DNA of 64,000 nucleotides, from the NCBI GenBank assembly GCA_965223795.1, contig CBDCXL010000002.1, positions 992,001-1,056,000 of the forward strand, written 5' to 3'. Under the pieces are notes generated by a model, which saw nothing but the letters and a program-made list of their open reading frames with translations, was not told the DNA's origin and did not search any database. Source of the DNA: Nitrospinales bacterium. GTDB lineage: Bacteria; Nitrospinota; Nitrospinia; Nitrospinales; VA-1. The translations under genes were made by a program, and so were the position numbers. Below are positions 1 through 10,655 of this stretch, in pieces. Every line of letters starts with the position of its first letter. The first letter of the stretch is position 1.

Positions 1-393
1 AAAAAACTCGACGAAAATCCGGGAAACCCGGGCCTTCTGGTTTCCACGGCGCAGTACTACAACATGAAGAAAGAATATTTGAAGGCGCTGGATCATTCCC
101 TCAAGGCGCTTGAGAAAGACCCGCTCAATGTGCAGACGCTGCAGAGCATCGTGTTCAGCTATCGCGGCCTGGGCGAGGCGAGCGAGGTGCTCGATTACGC
201 CCGCCGCTACCGCATGGTGGAAAAGGAGGACATCCACCTGGAATTCATCCTGGGCGAGATCCACGCCAAGACCTTAAACTGCGAAAAAGCCGTTCCCCAC
301 CTGGAAAACGTGCTGAAACGCGACGACCGCTACCCGAACGCGCGCAAGCTTTTGAGGGACTGCCGGGCCACCGACCGGACGCCCGAGGCGTGA
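1..393 (+). CDS. TPR-repeat protein, 5'-truncated by window edge
   Basis: Frame is open from base 1; helical TPR-like pattern (ALKALEKDPLN, LGEIHAK, LENVLKRDDRYPNA). Confidence 0.7.
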   Translation, partial: KKLDENPGNPGLLVSTAQYYNMKKEYLKALDHSLKALEKDPLNVQTLQSIVFSYRGLGEASEVLDYARRYRMVEKEDIHLEFILGEIHAKTLNCEKAVPHLENVLKRDDRYPNARKLLRDCRATDRTPEA

Positions 394-542
394 GACGATC
401 GACCCACCCGGCGCCGCGCCCGCCGTTTCCCCCCGGCACAAACTGAGAATAACGGGCTAAAATCGGGGCAGGCGTCCTTACTTGAATAATTTGCGCGGCT
501 ATGGTAGGTTTCGGTATCAAATCATAAGGAGGAGAAGGTGCT

Positions 543-743
543 ATGCCCGCAGGCAAGGTAAAGTGGTTCAACGATCAGAAAGGATACGGGTTTATCGTGT
601 CCGACGAGGGCGAAGAAGTGTTTGTCCATTTTTCCGCGATTCAGGGCGAAGGCTTCAAGACTTTGAAAGAGGGACAGGAGGTGGAGTTCGAGAAGAGCCA
701 GGGTCCGAAGGGGCCGCAGGCGGCAAACGTGATCCCGAAATAA
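543..743 (+). CDS. cspA: Cold-shock protein
   Basis: [15 protein letters not shown] and [12 protein letters not shown] motifs; RBS AAGGAGG upstream. Confidence 0.97.
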   Translation: MPAGKVKWFNDQKGYGFIVSDEGEEVFVHFSAIQGEGFKTLKEGQEVEFEKSQGPKGPQAANVIPK

Positions 744-763
744 TCGACACCCTTTTTTCCCGG

Positions 764-794
764 CCGGCAGTGATTTCCTCTGCCGGTTTTTTTT
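764..794 (+). terminator. Rho-independent terminator after cspA
   Basis: CCGGCAG-loop-CTGCCGG followed by T8. Confidence 0.8.
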
Positions 795-821
795 GTCCCG
801 AATCCCGTGAGGATCGATTGA

Positions 822-1322
822 ATGGCTTCCAAAAACTGCACGTTCGACATCGTATCGGTCACCGACGCCGCGGAAGTGCAAAACGCGGTCAATCAGGCGA
901 TGGCGGAGATCAGCCAGCGCTACGATTTCAAGAAAAGCAAAAGCGAGATCACGTTCGATAAAAAGAACAACCAGATTGTTCTGCTCTCCGACAATGAAGG
1001 CAAACTCAAATCGGTGGTGGACATTCTGGAAGGCAAACTGGTGCGCCGCAAGGTGTCGCTGAAAGCGCTGGATTACGGCAAGGTCGAACCGGCGCAGGGA
1101 GACACGGTGCGCCAGTCCGTCAATCTGCAGCAGGGCATCCCGCAGGAAAAAGGCAAGGAAATATCAAAGTTCATCAAGGGCATGGGACTCAAGGTGCAGA
1201 GCCAGATCATGGACGACCAGCTGCGGGTGACGGGAAAAAACCGGGACGACCTTCAGGAAGTGATCGCCGAACTCAAGCAGAAGGATTTCGGCATCGACAT
1301 GAGTTTCACCAACTACCGCTGA
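822..1322 (+). CDS. yajQ: YajQ family nucleotide/c-di-GMP-binding protein
   Basis: FDIVS...NAVNQA...RYDFK and C-terminal [11 protein letters not shown]...FTNYR are typical of YajQ. Confidence 0.95.
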   Translation: MASKNCTFDIVSVTDAAEVQNAVNQAMAEISQRYDFKKSKSEITFDKKNNQIVLLSDNEGKLKSVVDILEGKLVRRKVSLKALDYGKVEPAQGDTVRQSVNLQQGIPQEKGKEISKFIKGMGLKVQSQIMDDQLRVTGKNRDDLQEVIAELKQKDFGIDMSFTNYR

Positions 1323-1342
1323 ACCCGCCCTGGCGCCGCGCT

Positions 1343-2443
1343 TCAAATCAGGGAAGGGCGCACGTGCCGCAGGATGCTGCTGTGATCGACTTCCGGAAAC
1401 TGCTCGATGATCTCGACCATCTCCGGCAGGACCGCCATGAATGCCTGCACGACGGCCGGATCGAAATCGGTACCGCTGTTATTTTGCAATATCTCCACCG
1501 CAAGATCTACGGGAAACGCGTCCTTGTAGTGGCGCTTGCTCACCAGGGCGTCGAAGACATCGCAGACCGCGACGATCCGCGCTTCGATGGGAATCTCCTC
1601 CCCTCTCAACCCGCCAGGATAACCCGACCCGTCCCACCGTTCCTGGTGGGTCATGCAGATAGACTCGGCCATCTGTAACAGTTTCGACTCACTGCCGGAC
1701 AGGATCTCCGCGCCCATGATGGGGTGCATGCGCATGATCTCCCATTCTTCGTCGTTCAGTTTGTGCGAATTCATCAGGATCTGATCGGGAATACCGATCT
1801 TGCCGATGTCGTGCAGCGGGCTGGCGTGGTGGATGAGCTCGCAGTGCCCGGCATCGAGCCCCATTTCCTTCGCCAGCCTGGCGCACAGATGGCTCATGCG
1901 CAGGATGTGGTTTCCGGTCTCGGTCTCGCGGATCTCCACCGCCCGGGCGAGGCGCTGGATCACATCGAACTGCGACTCTTTGAGCTCGCGCGTGCGCTCG
2001 CGCACCTTTTCTTCCAGCTTGCGGTTGTCGGCACAATTCTGTTTGTGCAGCAGGCTGATCTCCAGCATGTTCTGCACCCGGACCAGAGCCTCGGTCATCT
2101 CGAACGGCTTGGGCAGAAAATCCTTGGCCCCGGATTTCAGGGCGCGCACGCGAGTGGGCACATCCCGCTGGGCGGTGAGCACGAGGATGGGTAAAAACGG
2201 TCCCTGCTCCACCGCTTTCAACGCCTCCATCACCGCGAACCCGTCCATGCCCGGCATCTTGAGATCCAGAAGGATCAGATCCGGGTTCAGCGCCTGATAG
2301 GTTTCCACGGATTTTTCGGGATCCTGCACGTGGTGCAGATTGAGAAACCCCGCCCCTTTCAACAGCCGCTCGAGAATGCGGATGTTCCCCGGCTCATCGT
2401 CGATGATCAAAATGTGGGCTTCAAATACAGATGGAATGGACAT
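1343..2443 (-). CDS. Response regulator with HD-GYP phosphodiesterase domain (RpfG-like)
   Basis: Receiver (ILIIDD, LLDLKMP, KPF) plus LHDIGK and HQERWDGSGYP. Confidence 0.93.
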   Translation of the reverse strand: MSIPSVFEAHILIIDDEPGNIRILERLLKGAGFLNLHHVQDPEKSVETYQALNPDLILLDLKMPGMDGFAVMEALKAVEQGPFLPILVLTAQRDVPTRVRALKSGAKDFLPKPFEMTEALVRVQNMLEISLLHKQNCADNRKLEEKVRERTRELKESQFDVIQRLARAVEIRETETGNHILRMSHLCARLAKEMGLDAGHCELIHHASPLHDIGKIGIPDQILMNSHKLNDEEWEIMRMHPIMGAEILSGSESKLLQMAESICMTHQERWDGSGYPGGLRGEEIPIEARIVAVCDVFDALVSKRHYKDAFPVDLAVEILQNNSGTDFDPAVVQAFMAVLPEMVEIIEQFPEVDHSSILRHVRPSLI

Positions 2444-2650
2444 GGTGCCTTTCTCCCCCCAGGAGCGGCGCGGTGCAACCTTCATGAAGCGGGGAAACTC
2501 AAAAATTCAATGGTTTACATTTACCTTAGTATGCCTTCTATGTTACGGCATATCTTGAGTGCCGTCAACGCGTTGAACGGGGCGGGATAAAAAAGGAATT
2601 GTCCACAAGCGTGCCGTCCTCCCGGGACTCCATCTGCAATCTCCGGAAAT

Positions 2651-3871
2651 TCAGCTTGTTTTGCCTGTGATGCGGCGGAAAAGGTCCAGCGCCGCGGCCG
2701 CGAAGGAGAGCATTTTATTTTTTATGTATTTGCGTGGGTCGAACAGGCGGCGGTGCGTTTCCAGCAAAAGGCGGGGGATGTCCAGCTCTTCCGGACAGCG
2801 GGGCAGGCAGTCTCCGCATTGCGTGCACCTGGACGCGAAGGATCCGGGGAACCAGTGGTCCTTCTCTTCGAGCATGTTGTAGCGGTAGCGGCCGTAGTCC
2901 TGCATGCCGTAGCCTTCCAGCAGATTGCGGAAGCGCAGCACTTCGGGAATGTTGATGTTCTCGGGACAGGGCAGGCACTCGTGGCACAGGGTGCAGCGGC
3001 CGGTGACGCCGGAGCCCGCCGCGTCCATGCGTTGCTTGACGGGAACCTCATCCTGAGTGAAATATCCTTCTTCATTGAGGATCGCGAGGTTCTGCGCGAA
3101 ATGCGCGGGTTCGTGCATGCCCATGCTGAGCGTGGTGATCTGGGGGTGGCTGAGGCAGAAGCGGCCGTTGAACTGGATGGCGCTGAGCGGCTGAGTGAGT
3201 TCGCGCACTTTGGCGGACGGGTTCCAGAGCTGGCCGCCCTTGTCGTTGGGCGAGATGATGAAGACGCCGATGTCTTTCTCCGCCGCAAGCTGCACGGCGG
3301 GCAGGTTGCGCTGGAAGAAATAATAATAATGCAGGTTGACGAAACTGAAGCGGCCGCTGTTCAGCGCTTTTAAGATAATCTCGAGCGGGCCGTGGGTGGA
3401 AAAGCCGATGTGGCGGATGACGCCTTCCTCGCGCAGCCGGTGCAGGGTGTCCACGGGACCGCCGGGCTTGAGGGCGGCGTTCAGCCTCTCTTCGTTGTTG
3501 ATGCCGTGCCAGCCGTAAAAGTCGATGAAGTCGAGCTGAAGTGCTTTTAGCTGCTCTTCGACGAGGCGTTTCGTCTCGTCGGCGGTCATCGGCGCGGCCT
3601 TGGTCATGATCTTGATTGCATCGCGCGGCCGCGCCAGCTCTTTGAGCACGGCGCCGTACAGATGTTCGCTTTTGACGTAGCCGTAGGCGGTCTCGATGTG
3701 GTTGATCCCCAGGTCCAGCGCCCGGCGCGTCGTGTCCAGGCAGTTCTCGATGGACGCCGCCGGCAGGTGGTCGCGCGGCGGATTCCAGCCGTGTTTGAAG
3801 CGCATGCCGCCCAGGGTGATGACGGAGATGCGTTCGCCGGTCTGTCCGAATCTGCGGTATTGCATGGGCAT
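2651..3871 (-). CDS. Aldo/keto reductase with C-terminal 4Fe-4S dicluster domain
   Basis: YRRFGQTG..S.ITLGGMRF, GINHIETAYGY; CTLCHECLPCP and CTQCGDCLPRCP. Confidence 0.92.
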   Translation of the reverse strand: MPMQYRRFGQTGERISVITLGGMRFKHGWNPPRDHLPAASIENCLDTTRRALDLGINHIETAYGYVKSEHLYGAVLKELARPRDAIKIMTKAAPMTADETKRLVEEQLKALQLDFIDFYGWHGINNEERLNAALKPGGPVDTLHRLREEGVIRHIGFSTHGPLEIILKALNSGRFSFVNLHYYYFFQRNLPAVQLAAEKDIGVFIISPNDKGGQLWNPSAKVRELTQPLSAIQFNGRFCLSHPQITTLSMGMHEPAHFAQNLAILNEEGYFTQDEVPVKQRMDAAGSGVTGRCTLCHECLPCPENINIPEVLRFRNLLEGYGMQDYGRYRYNMLEEKDHWFPGSFASRCTQCGDCLPRCPEELDIPRLLLETHRRLFDPRKYIKNKMLSFAAAALDLFRRITGKTS

Positions 3872-4044
3872 GGGGAAAGGGTGTTTCGATTGAGATGAAT
3901 TCCGTTCAGGATCGATTCAAACACCGCCTTGCCGACGCGGAATTTCAGGATGCCGGAGCACGGACTCAACCGCTTGATTTTTATGCAACCCGCGTCCCGG
4001 CGGGCGGCTTATCGGTTATAATACCGCACCGTGTCGAAAGTTTA

Positions 4045-5199
4045 ATGGACTCCGCTCGTCTCATGCTGCCGCTGTGGTCGCCCACGCTTAAAAAAATCAG
4101 ACGCTTCTTTGGACAACAGGATGTCCGGTTTCCGCTGACGCTGATCGTCGTCCTGCTGGCCATGGTGTTGTTTTTCGCGTTCGTGTTCGCTCTGTTCGAG
4201 AAAGGCGCCACGTTCGGGGACGGGCTCTGGACCGCCTACATCACGCTGACCACCATCGGCTACGGCGATTTCACCGCAAAAACGTTTGAAGGACGGCTGG
4301 TCACCGTTCTCACCACTCTCATCGGGATCGGCTGTTTCGGCGTCTTCACCGGGATCATCGTCGAAAAGGCCCTGCAAAGGAGAATCAAGAAAATGAAAGG
4401 GGAAAACCACTACAACGGCCGCGGTCATCTGGTTATCGTCAACGTTCCTTCCTATGAGGAAATCCGGGAGCTGCTGCGGGAGCTGAACCTGAGCCCGGAT
4501 TTCAAGGAAATCCCGGTCGTGGTCGTCGCGTCCGCGCTGCCGCAGGGCGACAAGGAAATCCCCGGTTCCCTGATCGGACACATCGAAGGGTACGTCAACG
4601 GATTGCCCTCGACTCTGGAAACGCTGAAGCGGGCCAACCTCGGCGAAGCGCGGGCCTGCGTGTTTCTGGGATCGACGAGCGATCCCAAGCTGGACGACAC
4701 CAACACGCTGACGGCGGGGCTGATCGAGAAGAACTGGCCTGACGTGGTGACCATCCTCGGCTGCACCCGCGCCGAGACCATGAAGAACCTCGACATGTTC
4801 AACATCAACGGGGGCATCAACGCCACCGACCTGCAGATGGGGCTTCTGGTGCAGGAGCTGGAAAACCCCGGCGTGTTCGAGGTCTACCATCAACTCTCTT
4901 CCAACTCGGGCGGCAGCCAGATCTACATCTCCCAAACCCCGATGGGGAGCTGGCCCGGGTACCGGCCGGACCTGACGGCGGGAACCCTGAAGATGGCGGT
5001 CCTCGCACTCAATTACAGGGTCGAGATTCTCGGCATCAAACGCCGTCAGCGCGATGAAATCTTTTTGAATCCGGAAAACGATTTTAAACTGGAACCCAAT
5101 GACAGGCTGATCTATCTTTCTAAGGGACGCATCGACTGGCCGGGTAAAAGCGCCGAGCTGGTGCAAAAGATGCGCGAACTCGAAAACGCCGTCACGTAA
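4045..5199 (+). CDS. Potassium channel with RCK/TrkA-type domains
   Basis: Two TM helices around selectivity filter TTIGYGD, followed by Rossmann-like RCK region; start chosen at ATG 4045. Confidence 0.88.
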   Translation: MDSARLMLPLWSPTLKKIRRFFGQQDVRFPLTLIVVLLAMVLFFAFVFALFEKGATFGDGLWTAYITLTTIGYGDFTAKTFEGRLVTVLTTLIGIGCFGVFTGIIVEKALQRRIKKMKGENHYNGRGHLVIVNVPSYEEIRELLRELNLSPDFKEIPVVVVASALPQGDKEIPGSLIGHIEGYVNGLPSTLETLKRANLGEARACVFLGSTSDPKLDDTNTLTAGLIEKNWPDVVTILGCTRAETMKNLDMFNINGGINATDLQMGLLVQELENPGVFEVYHQLSSNSGGSQIYISQTPMGSWPGYRPDLTAGTLKMAVLALNYRVEILGIKRRQRDEIFLNPENDFKLEPNDRLIYLSKGRIDWPGKSAELVQKMRELENAVT

Positions 5200-5202
5200 A
5201 TC

Positions 5203-6459
5203 ATGGCTTCGTTCCGCTTCATCCACTGTTCCGATCTCCACATCGACAGTCCCTTCAAGGGCCTGAGCGCGCTCGAACCCGAACTGGCGGAATCGCTGCG
5301 CACTTCCACCTTCCGCGCCTTCCACAACATCGTCCGGCTGGCCGTCAGCGAGCGCGTGGACGCGGTGGTGATCGCGGGGGATGTGTTCGACAGCGCCGAC
5401 AAGAGCCTGCGGGCGCAGCTCAAATTCCACCGCGCGCTCAAGGAACTGTGCGATGCGGGCATCCCGGTGTTCGTGGCGCACGGCAATCACGACCCGCTCG
5501 ACGGCTGGTCGTCGTCGCTGACGCCGCCGGAGGGCGTCGTCGTCTTTCAGGGAGAGAACGTCGAACAGCATCCGGTGAAACGCGGCGGTGAAACGCTGGC
5601 CTGGATCTACGGCATCAGCTACCCGCAGCGCGAGGTGCGGGAAAATCTGGCAACCCGGTTCCAGCGCAAAAACACGGACGGGTTCGCGGTGGGCGTGCTG
5701 CACGCCAACGTCGGGCAGGACCCGAACCACGACAACTACGCGCCCTGTTCGCTCGACGACTGCGTCGCGGGCGGCCTGGACTACTGGGCGCTCGGGCACA
5801 TCCACGCGCACCGCATTCTCAGGTCCGGTTTTCCCGCGGTGGTGTACTGCGGCAACGCGCAGGCGCGGCACCTGCGCGAGGTTGGCCCCAAGGGCTGCTG
5901 CCTGGTGACGCTGCATGACAACAGCGAACCGGAAATCCGCTTTGTCGCCACGGACGCGGTGCGGTTTGCGGAAAGCGATCTCGATCTCTCCGGCGTGGAC
6001 ACGATGCAGAACGCGCTGCAATCGCTGCGCGCGCACCTGGCCGGGATGGTGGCGCAGGCGGGCGACCGGGAAGCGCTGGTGCGCGTGAACCTCACCGGCC
6101 GAACGGCATTGCATGAAGAACTTTCCCGCACCGGCAGCCTGGCCGCGCTCACCGAGGAGGTGCGGCAGGACTTCGCGCACCGCAAACCTGAAGTCTGGCT
6201 CTCCCTGACACAGAACACGCAGGCGGATTTCGATCTTGAGGCGCTCAAGCGCGGCGACGACTTCATCGCCGACCTGCTTGCCATGTTCGATGCGGCGCGC
6301 GACGGAAACGACCGCGAGGCTCTCAACGCGGCGCTCAAACCGCTTTACGAAAGCTGGCCGGGTGCACGCCACCTGGCTCCGCTGTCCGGCGAGGAATGGC
6401 AGCGGCTTTTGACTCTGGCCCAAAACCGGGCGCTCGATCCGCTCATGCAGAAACGCTGA
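5203..6459 (+). CDS. DNA repair exonuclease, SbcD/YhaO-like metallophosphoesterase
   Basis: FIHCSDLH, AGDVFD, GNHD, YWALGHIH motifs. Confidence 0.92.
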   Translation: MASFRFIHCSDLHIDSPFKGLSALEPELAESLRTSTFRAFHNIVRLAVSERVDAVVIAGDVFDSADKSLRAQLKFHRALKELCDAGIPVFVAHGNHDPLDGWSSSLTPPEGVVVFQGENVEQHPVKRGGETLAWIYGISYPQREVRENLATRFQRKNTDGFAVGVLHANVGQDPNHDNYAPCSLDDCVAGGLDYWALGHIHAHRILRSGFPAVVYCGNAQARHLREVGPKGCCLVTLHDNSEPEIRFVATDAVRFAESDLDLSGVDTMQNALQSLRAHLAGMVAQAGDREALVRVNLTGRTALHEELSRTGSLAALTEEVRQDFAHRKPEVWLSLTQNTQADFDLEALKRGDDFIADLLAMFDAARDGNDREALNAALKPLYESWPGARHLAPLSGEEWQRLLTLAQNRALDPLMQKR

Positions 6460-6484
6460 TCGGGTTTCCTGCCACCGGCACGCC

Positions 6485-9190
6485 ATGCAGATTCGCGAAA
6501 TTCATATCGAGGGGTTCGGCATCTTTGCCGGCACCCGGCTGAACCCCCTCAAAGGCGGTCTCAACGTGCTGTACGGCGCCAACGAGGCGGGGAAAACCAC
6601 GCTCATCGAATTCATCCGCCGGATCCTGTTCGGCTTTCCGCGCAAAACCAGGGGCACGAACGCCTACCCTCCCCTGTCCGGCGGCGCGCACGGCGGCAGG
6701 CTGTTCTGCGAGCTGGCGTCGGGCGAAGCGGTGACGCTTGCGCGTGTGCAGCGCGGCAAGGAAACGGTCACCGTGTCCAGCGAAGCCGGAGAGGAAACCG
6801 GAAGCGACGCGCTGTCGAAGGTGCTGGGGCACGCCTCGAAGGAACTGTTCCACCACATCCACGCCATCACGCTGGATGAGCTTGCGGATTTCAACACGCT
6901 CAAGGGCGATGAGATCAAAAACCGCATCTACGGCGCCGGGATGGGGCTGGGGGCGGTGTCGCTCAAGGAGGTCGACAAGCAGCTTGCGGACCGCTGCGAC
7001 GCGGTGTTCAGGCCGCGCGGCAAAAAGAAGATGAACCAGCTGTATGAAGAAATCCGCATGCTGGAGGATGGCGTGGCGGCGGTGCAGGCGGGCCTCAACC
7101 GCTACGGCGAACTGAACGCGCGCATCGAGAACATGGAAGCGGAACGGGGCACGCTGGCGGAGAAGGTTAAGGCGCTGGAGAAACGCAAACAGTTTCTGGA
7201 AACGCAGAAACAGTTTCATCCTCTGGTGCGCGAGCTGGAGACCGCGGAAGCGGCGCTGCAAGAGCTTGAAGACATTCCCGGTTTTCCGGAAAAGGGGCTG
7301 GAACAACTCGATGCGCTGCTGCTGGTGAAAAAGGAGATGCAGAACCGGCTGGATGAGGAAACGCGCACACTCAAAGACTGGGTCCAGGAAAAGAAAGCGC
7401 TCCACATCAACCGCGCGCTTTTGGAACGGGAAGCGGAGGTGGTGGACCTGCAGCAATCGCTCAAGCAGGTGCTGGCGGCGATCGAGAACCGGACGGCCGT
7501 GCAAGCGGAACGGGCGCGGCTGCAGGACAGTCTGGAAAACGAAAAAGCAGTGCTGCAAGTGGACTGGGAAGAGGCGCGCATTGTGGAGTTTGAATTCGGT
7601 CCCGAGCAGGTGCGGCAGGTGCAATCGTTCCACGAACGCTTCGAGGCGCTGCGCGAACAGGTGATCCGGACGCGCGAGAAATGGGAATATTACCGCAACC
7701 GGAAACAGGCGGAAGGGGCGAAAGGCTGGAACATTCTGGTCTGGCTGCGCGGCATCGGGGTGGCGCAGGGCGGGCTCGGGCTGACGGGGCTGGGCTGGGG
7801 CGTGTTTACCGGCAACGCGCCGCTCATGGGCCTGTCGTCCTGCCTGTTGCTCTTGGGAGCGTTGCTGCTCAAAAAATACCAGAAAGAAAAACGCGAGTTT
7901 TTCGCCGAGGACGCGTTCGGGCAATCCCTGCAGGCAAAGGCGCAGGAGGCGCAATCGGAACAGCAGACGCTTGCCAAATCCTGGCGGGTGTTTCTCGATT
8001 CGACGGGCCTGCCTGAAAGACTCACTCCCGTTGAAGCGCGGGAAAAGGGGCCGATGCTGCGCGCGCTGGGGGAAAAAATACGGCAGCGCGTGAGGCTCGA
8101 TGAGCGGATCCGACAGATGCAGGAGACCGAACAGGACGTGCGGCAGCGGCTGTCCGCGCTGAAGCCGGTTCTCGATGACACCCCGCAGATGAAATCGGTG
8201 CATGCGGGCATTGAAACCGCGCAGCGGCAGTTCGAAGCGGCGAAACGCGCGGCGCAGCGGGCCGAGGATCTGCAAAAACTCATTCAGGATCAGGAAGAAA
8301 AAAACAGCCGGCTGCGGCAACTGCTGATGGAAAATGAAAACGAAAAACTCGGGTTTTTGAAAAACGCGGGCGCGCAAAACGAGGATGAGTTTCGGGCGAA
8401 GCACCGCACGATGGAACAGCGGCGATCCTGGCAGGAGAAAGCGGAACAGCACCGCCGGCACATCCGTTCCCGGCTGGGCGAGGACGCCGGGGCGTTCACC
8501 GCGGAACTCAAAACCAGGAAGTATGAAGACATCGAAAACGACCTGCGCGAAGCGGTGCGCGAGCTCGTGCAATGGGGCGCGAAACGGGACGCACTGCTGG
8601 AATCGCTGGGAGAGGTGAAAAACCAGCGCGACCAGCTGGCGTCGAACGACGACCTTTCGATCAAGCAGACGGCGCTCGCCCTGCGGCAGCAGGAACTGGA
8701 GGATCTGGGACGGGAATGGGCCGCCGCGAAACTGGCGCGCACGCTGCTGGATGCGGCGCGGCAGCGCTACGAAACGCATCGCCAGCCGGGGGTGCTGCAG
8801 GCCGCGGAAAGGCTGTTTCGCGCCGTCACCGGCGGCGCGTATTCGCGGATCGTCAAGCCGCTCGACAGCGACGCGCTGCTGGTGGAAAACGCACGCGGCG
8901 AACGCAGGCAATTGTTCGAGCTCAGCCGCGGCACGCGCGAGCAGCTGTATCTCGCAATGCGCCTGGGACTGATCGAGGAGCACGATAAGCGCTCGGAGCC
9001 GCTGCCGGTCATCCTCGACGACGTGCTGGTCAATTTCGACGAGACCCGGCGGGCCCGCTTCCTCGAAGAGCTGCACGCGTTCGCGCAGGACCGGCAGGTG
9101 CTGGCGCTCACCTGCCACGCCTCGGTGCTGAAAGACTATGAATCCCTGGGCGCGAACGTCGTGCCCTTTGCCGCTGGAAACGGATCGTGA
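6485..9190 (+). CDS. YhaN-like SMC/AAA ATPase
   Basis: Walker A YGANEAGKTT, long coiled coil with two central TM segments, LSRGTREQLYLAMRL, Walker B VILDDVLVNFD. Confidence 0.92.
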   Translation: MQIREIHIEGFGIFAGTRLNPLKGGLNVLYGANEAGKTTLIEFIRRILFGFPRKTRGTNAYPPLSGGAHGGRLFCELASGEAVTLARVQRGKETVTVSSEAGEETGSDALSKVLGHASKELFHHIHAITLDELADFNTLKGDEIKNRIYGAGMGLGAVSLKEVDKQLADRCDAVFRPRGKKKMNQLYEEIRMLEDGVAAVQAGLNRYGELNARIENMEAERGTLAEKVKALEKRKQFLETQKQFHPLVRELETAEAALQELEDIPGFPEKGLEQLDALLLVKKEMQNRLDEETRTLKDWVQEKKALHINRALLEREAEVVDLQQSLKQVLAAIENRTAVQAERARLQDSLENEKAVLQVDWEEARIVEFEFGPEQVRQVQSFHERFEALREQVIRTREKWEYYRNRKQAEGAKGWNILVWLRGIGVAQGGLGLTGLGWGVFTGNAPLMGLSSCLLLLGALLLKKYQKEKREFFAEDAFGQSLQAKAQEAQSEQQTLAKSWRVFLDSTGLPERLTPVEAREKGPMLRALGEKIRQRVRLDERIRQMQETEQDVRQRLSALKPVLDDTPQMKSVHAGIETAQRQFEAAKRAAQRAEDLQKLIQDQEEKNSRLRQLLMENENEKLGFLKNAGAQNEDEFRAKHRTMEQRRSWQEKAEQHRRHIRSRLGEDAGAFTAELKTRKYEDIENDLREAVRELVQWGAKRDALLESLGEVKNQRDQLASNDDLSIKQTALALRQQELEDLGREWAAAKLARTLLDAARQRYETHRQPGVLQAAERLFRAVTGGAYSRIVKPLDSDALLVENARGERRQLFELSRGTREQLYLAMRLGLIEEHDKRSEPLPVILDDVLVNFDETRRARFLEELHAFAQDRQVLALTCHASVLKDYESLGANVVPFAAGNGS

Positions 9191-9981
9191 ACACGCGAAA
9201 GAACATCCCGGCCGGTCTTGTATTGATCGCCCTATCGCTTCTGGCCGCGCCGCTGTTCGCGGCCGCGGGCATGGTGGAAATCCCGGCGGGCCCCACCCTC
9301 TACGGGTCCGAGCCGGATGCGGGCTTTAAAGAGTGTGAAAAAAACAACAAGGTGTGCAAGCGCAAATGGTTCGCCGACGAAGAGCCCCGGCGCGAGGTGC
9401 ATCTCGATGCGTTTTTAATCGACACGCACGAGGTGACGCAGAAGGAGTTCGAAACCCGGATGGGGCACAACCCTTCGTCCTTCAAGGGGGACGACCTGCC
9501 GGTGGAAGGGGCGACGTGGTACGAGGCGCAATCCTACTGCGAGCAGATGGGCAAGCGCCTGCCCACGGAAGCGGAGTGGGAGAAGGCGGCGCGCGGCGGC
9601 AGCCAGACGGTGTACGCGTGGGGCGACGCGGTGTTGTCGCAGCGGGCGAATTTCTGCGACGCGCACTGCGACGAACGCTGGAAGGAAACACAGTTCGAGG
9701 ACGGGTTCGAGCACACGGCGCCGGTGGGCAGCTTCCCGCCCAACGGCTACGGCCTGTTCGACATGGCGGGCAACGTGTACGAGTGGGTGGCCGACTGGTA
9801 CGACGAAGACTATTATCAAAACGCGCCGGACAAAAACCCCAGGGGTCCGCGCGGCGGCCGGAAAAAAGTGATCCGCGGCGGCTCCTGGATCAACTATTCC
9901 TCGGGCGTGCGCCCGGCCGACCGCTCGGACGCCAAGACCCGCGACCGCTACAACTTCATCGGCTTCCGCTGCGCGAAGTGA
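9187..9981 (+). CDS. Secreted FGE-sulfatase (SUMF1-like) domain protein
   Basis: Signal peptide; [32 protein letters not shown]. Confidence 0.92.
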   Translation: MNTRKNIPAGLVLIALSLLAAPLFAAAGMVEIPAGPTLYGSEPDAGFKECEKNNKVCKRKWFADEEPRREVHLDAFLIDTHEVTQKEFETRMGHNPSSFKGDDLPVEGATWYEAQSYCEQMGKRLPTEAEWEKAARGGSQTVYAWGDAVLSQRANFCDAHCDERWKETQFEDGFEHTAPVGSFPPNGYGLFDMAGNVYEWVADWYDEDYYQNAPDKNPRGPRGGRKKVIRGGSWINYSSGVRPADRSDAKTRDRYNFIGFRCAK

Positions 9982-10118
9982 TCCCCAGCCGGGTAAAACG
10001 AGCGCCGGGCGGTTGCCACCCATCATTTATCTTTGCCATCCATCCGCCGATGAGTAGGGCGAGCGAGGCTGATTCGAATCACTGAAACCACTCTTCCTTC
10101 TGCGCGAATTCCTTTGCC

Positions 10119-10628
10119 ATGCCGTTCACGCCGTTTCATTTCGGTCCGGGGCTTTTGTTGAAATCGCTGCTCGCGCGCTGGTTCAGCTTCCCGGTGTTCG
10201 TGCTGTCGCAGATCGTGATCGACGTGGAGACGCTGTCCCGCATCGTGAGCGGCGCGCCCGCGCTGCACGGTCCGGCGCATTCGCTGTTCGGCGCAACCAT
10301 CGCGGCGGGCGTGACGATCCTCATGACCCGCCTGCTCTATGGGGCGGCGAGCGGCGTGCACCAGTGGTTCGAGGTGGTGCGGCGGCAACAGCCCGCCTAT
10401 CCGGCGCCGCCGTTTGCCGTCGTCTGCGTCACGGCCTGCATCGGCGCGTGGTCGCACGTGCTGCTGGACAGCGTGATGCACCGCGACGTGCAGCCGTTTC
10501 ACCCCTTCTCGCCGGACAATCCCTGGCTCGATCTGGTCTCGCTGAGCGCGCTGCACCAGGGCTGCGTGCTGGCGGGCGTCCTGGGAGGTCTCATCTGGCT
10601 GGGACGGTGGCTTGCCGGCAAATTCTGA
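10119..10628 (+). CDS. Membrane protein, metal-dependent hydrolase-like (DUF4184/YdjM-like)
   Basis: MPFTPFHFGP start, H..HS and SHVLLD motifs, hydrophobic segments. Confidence 0.7.
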   Translation: MPFTPFHFGPGLLLKSLLARWFSFPVFVLSQIVIDVETLSRIVSGAPALHGPAHSLFGATIAAGVTILMTRLLYGAASGVHQWFEVVRRQQPAYPAPPFAVVCVTACIGAWSHVLLDSVMHRDVQPFHPFSPDNPWLDLVSLSALHQGCVLAGVLGGLIWLGRWLAGKF

Positions 10629-10655
10629 ATATCGGTTTGAAAGCCCGGCATTCCG

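Noticed and set aside
4042..9118. Long antisense ORFs (814 and 891 aa), and similar ones elsewhere such as 36094-38406, 41992-44286, 55052-56872
   Set aside because: Shadows of GC-rich genes on the opposite strand; no motifs.
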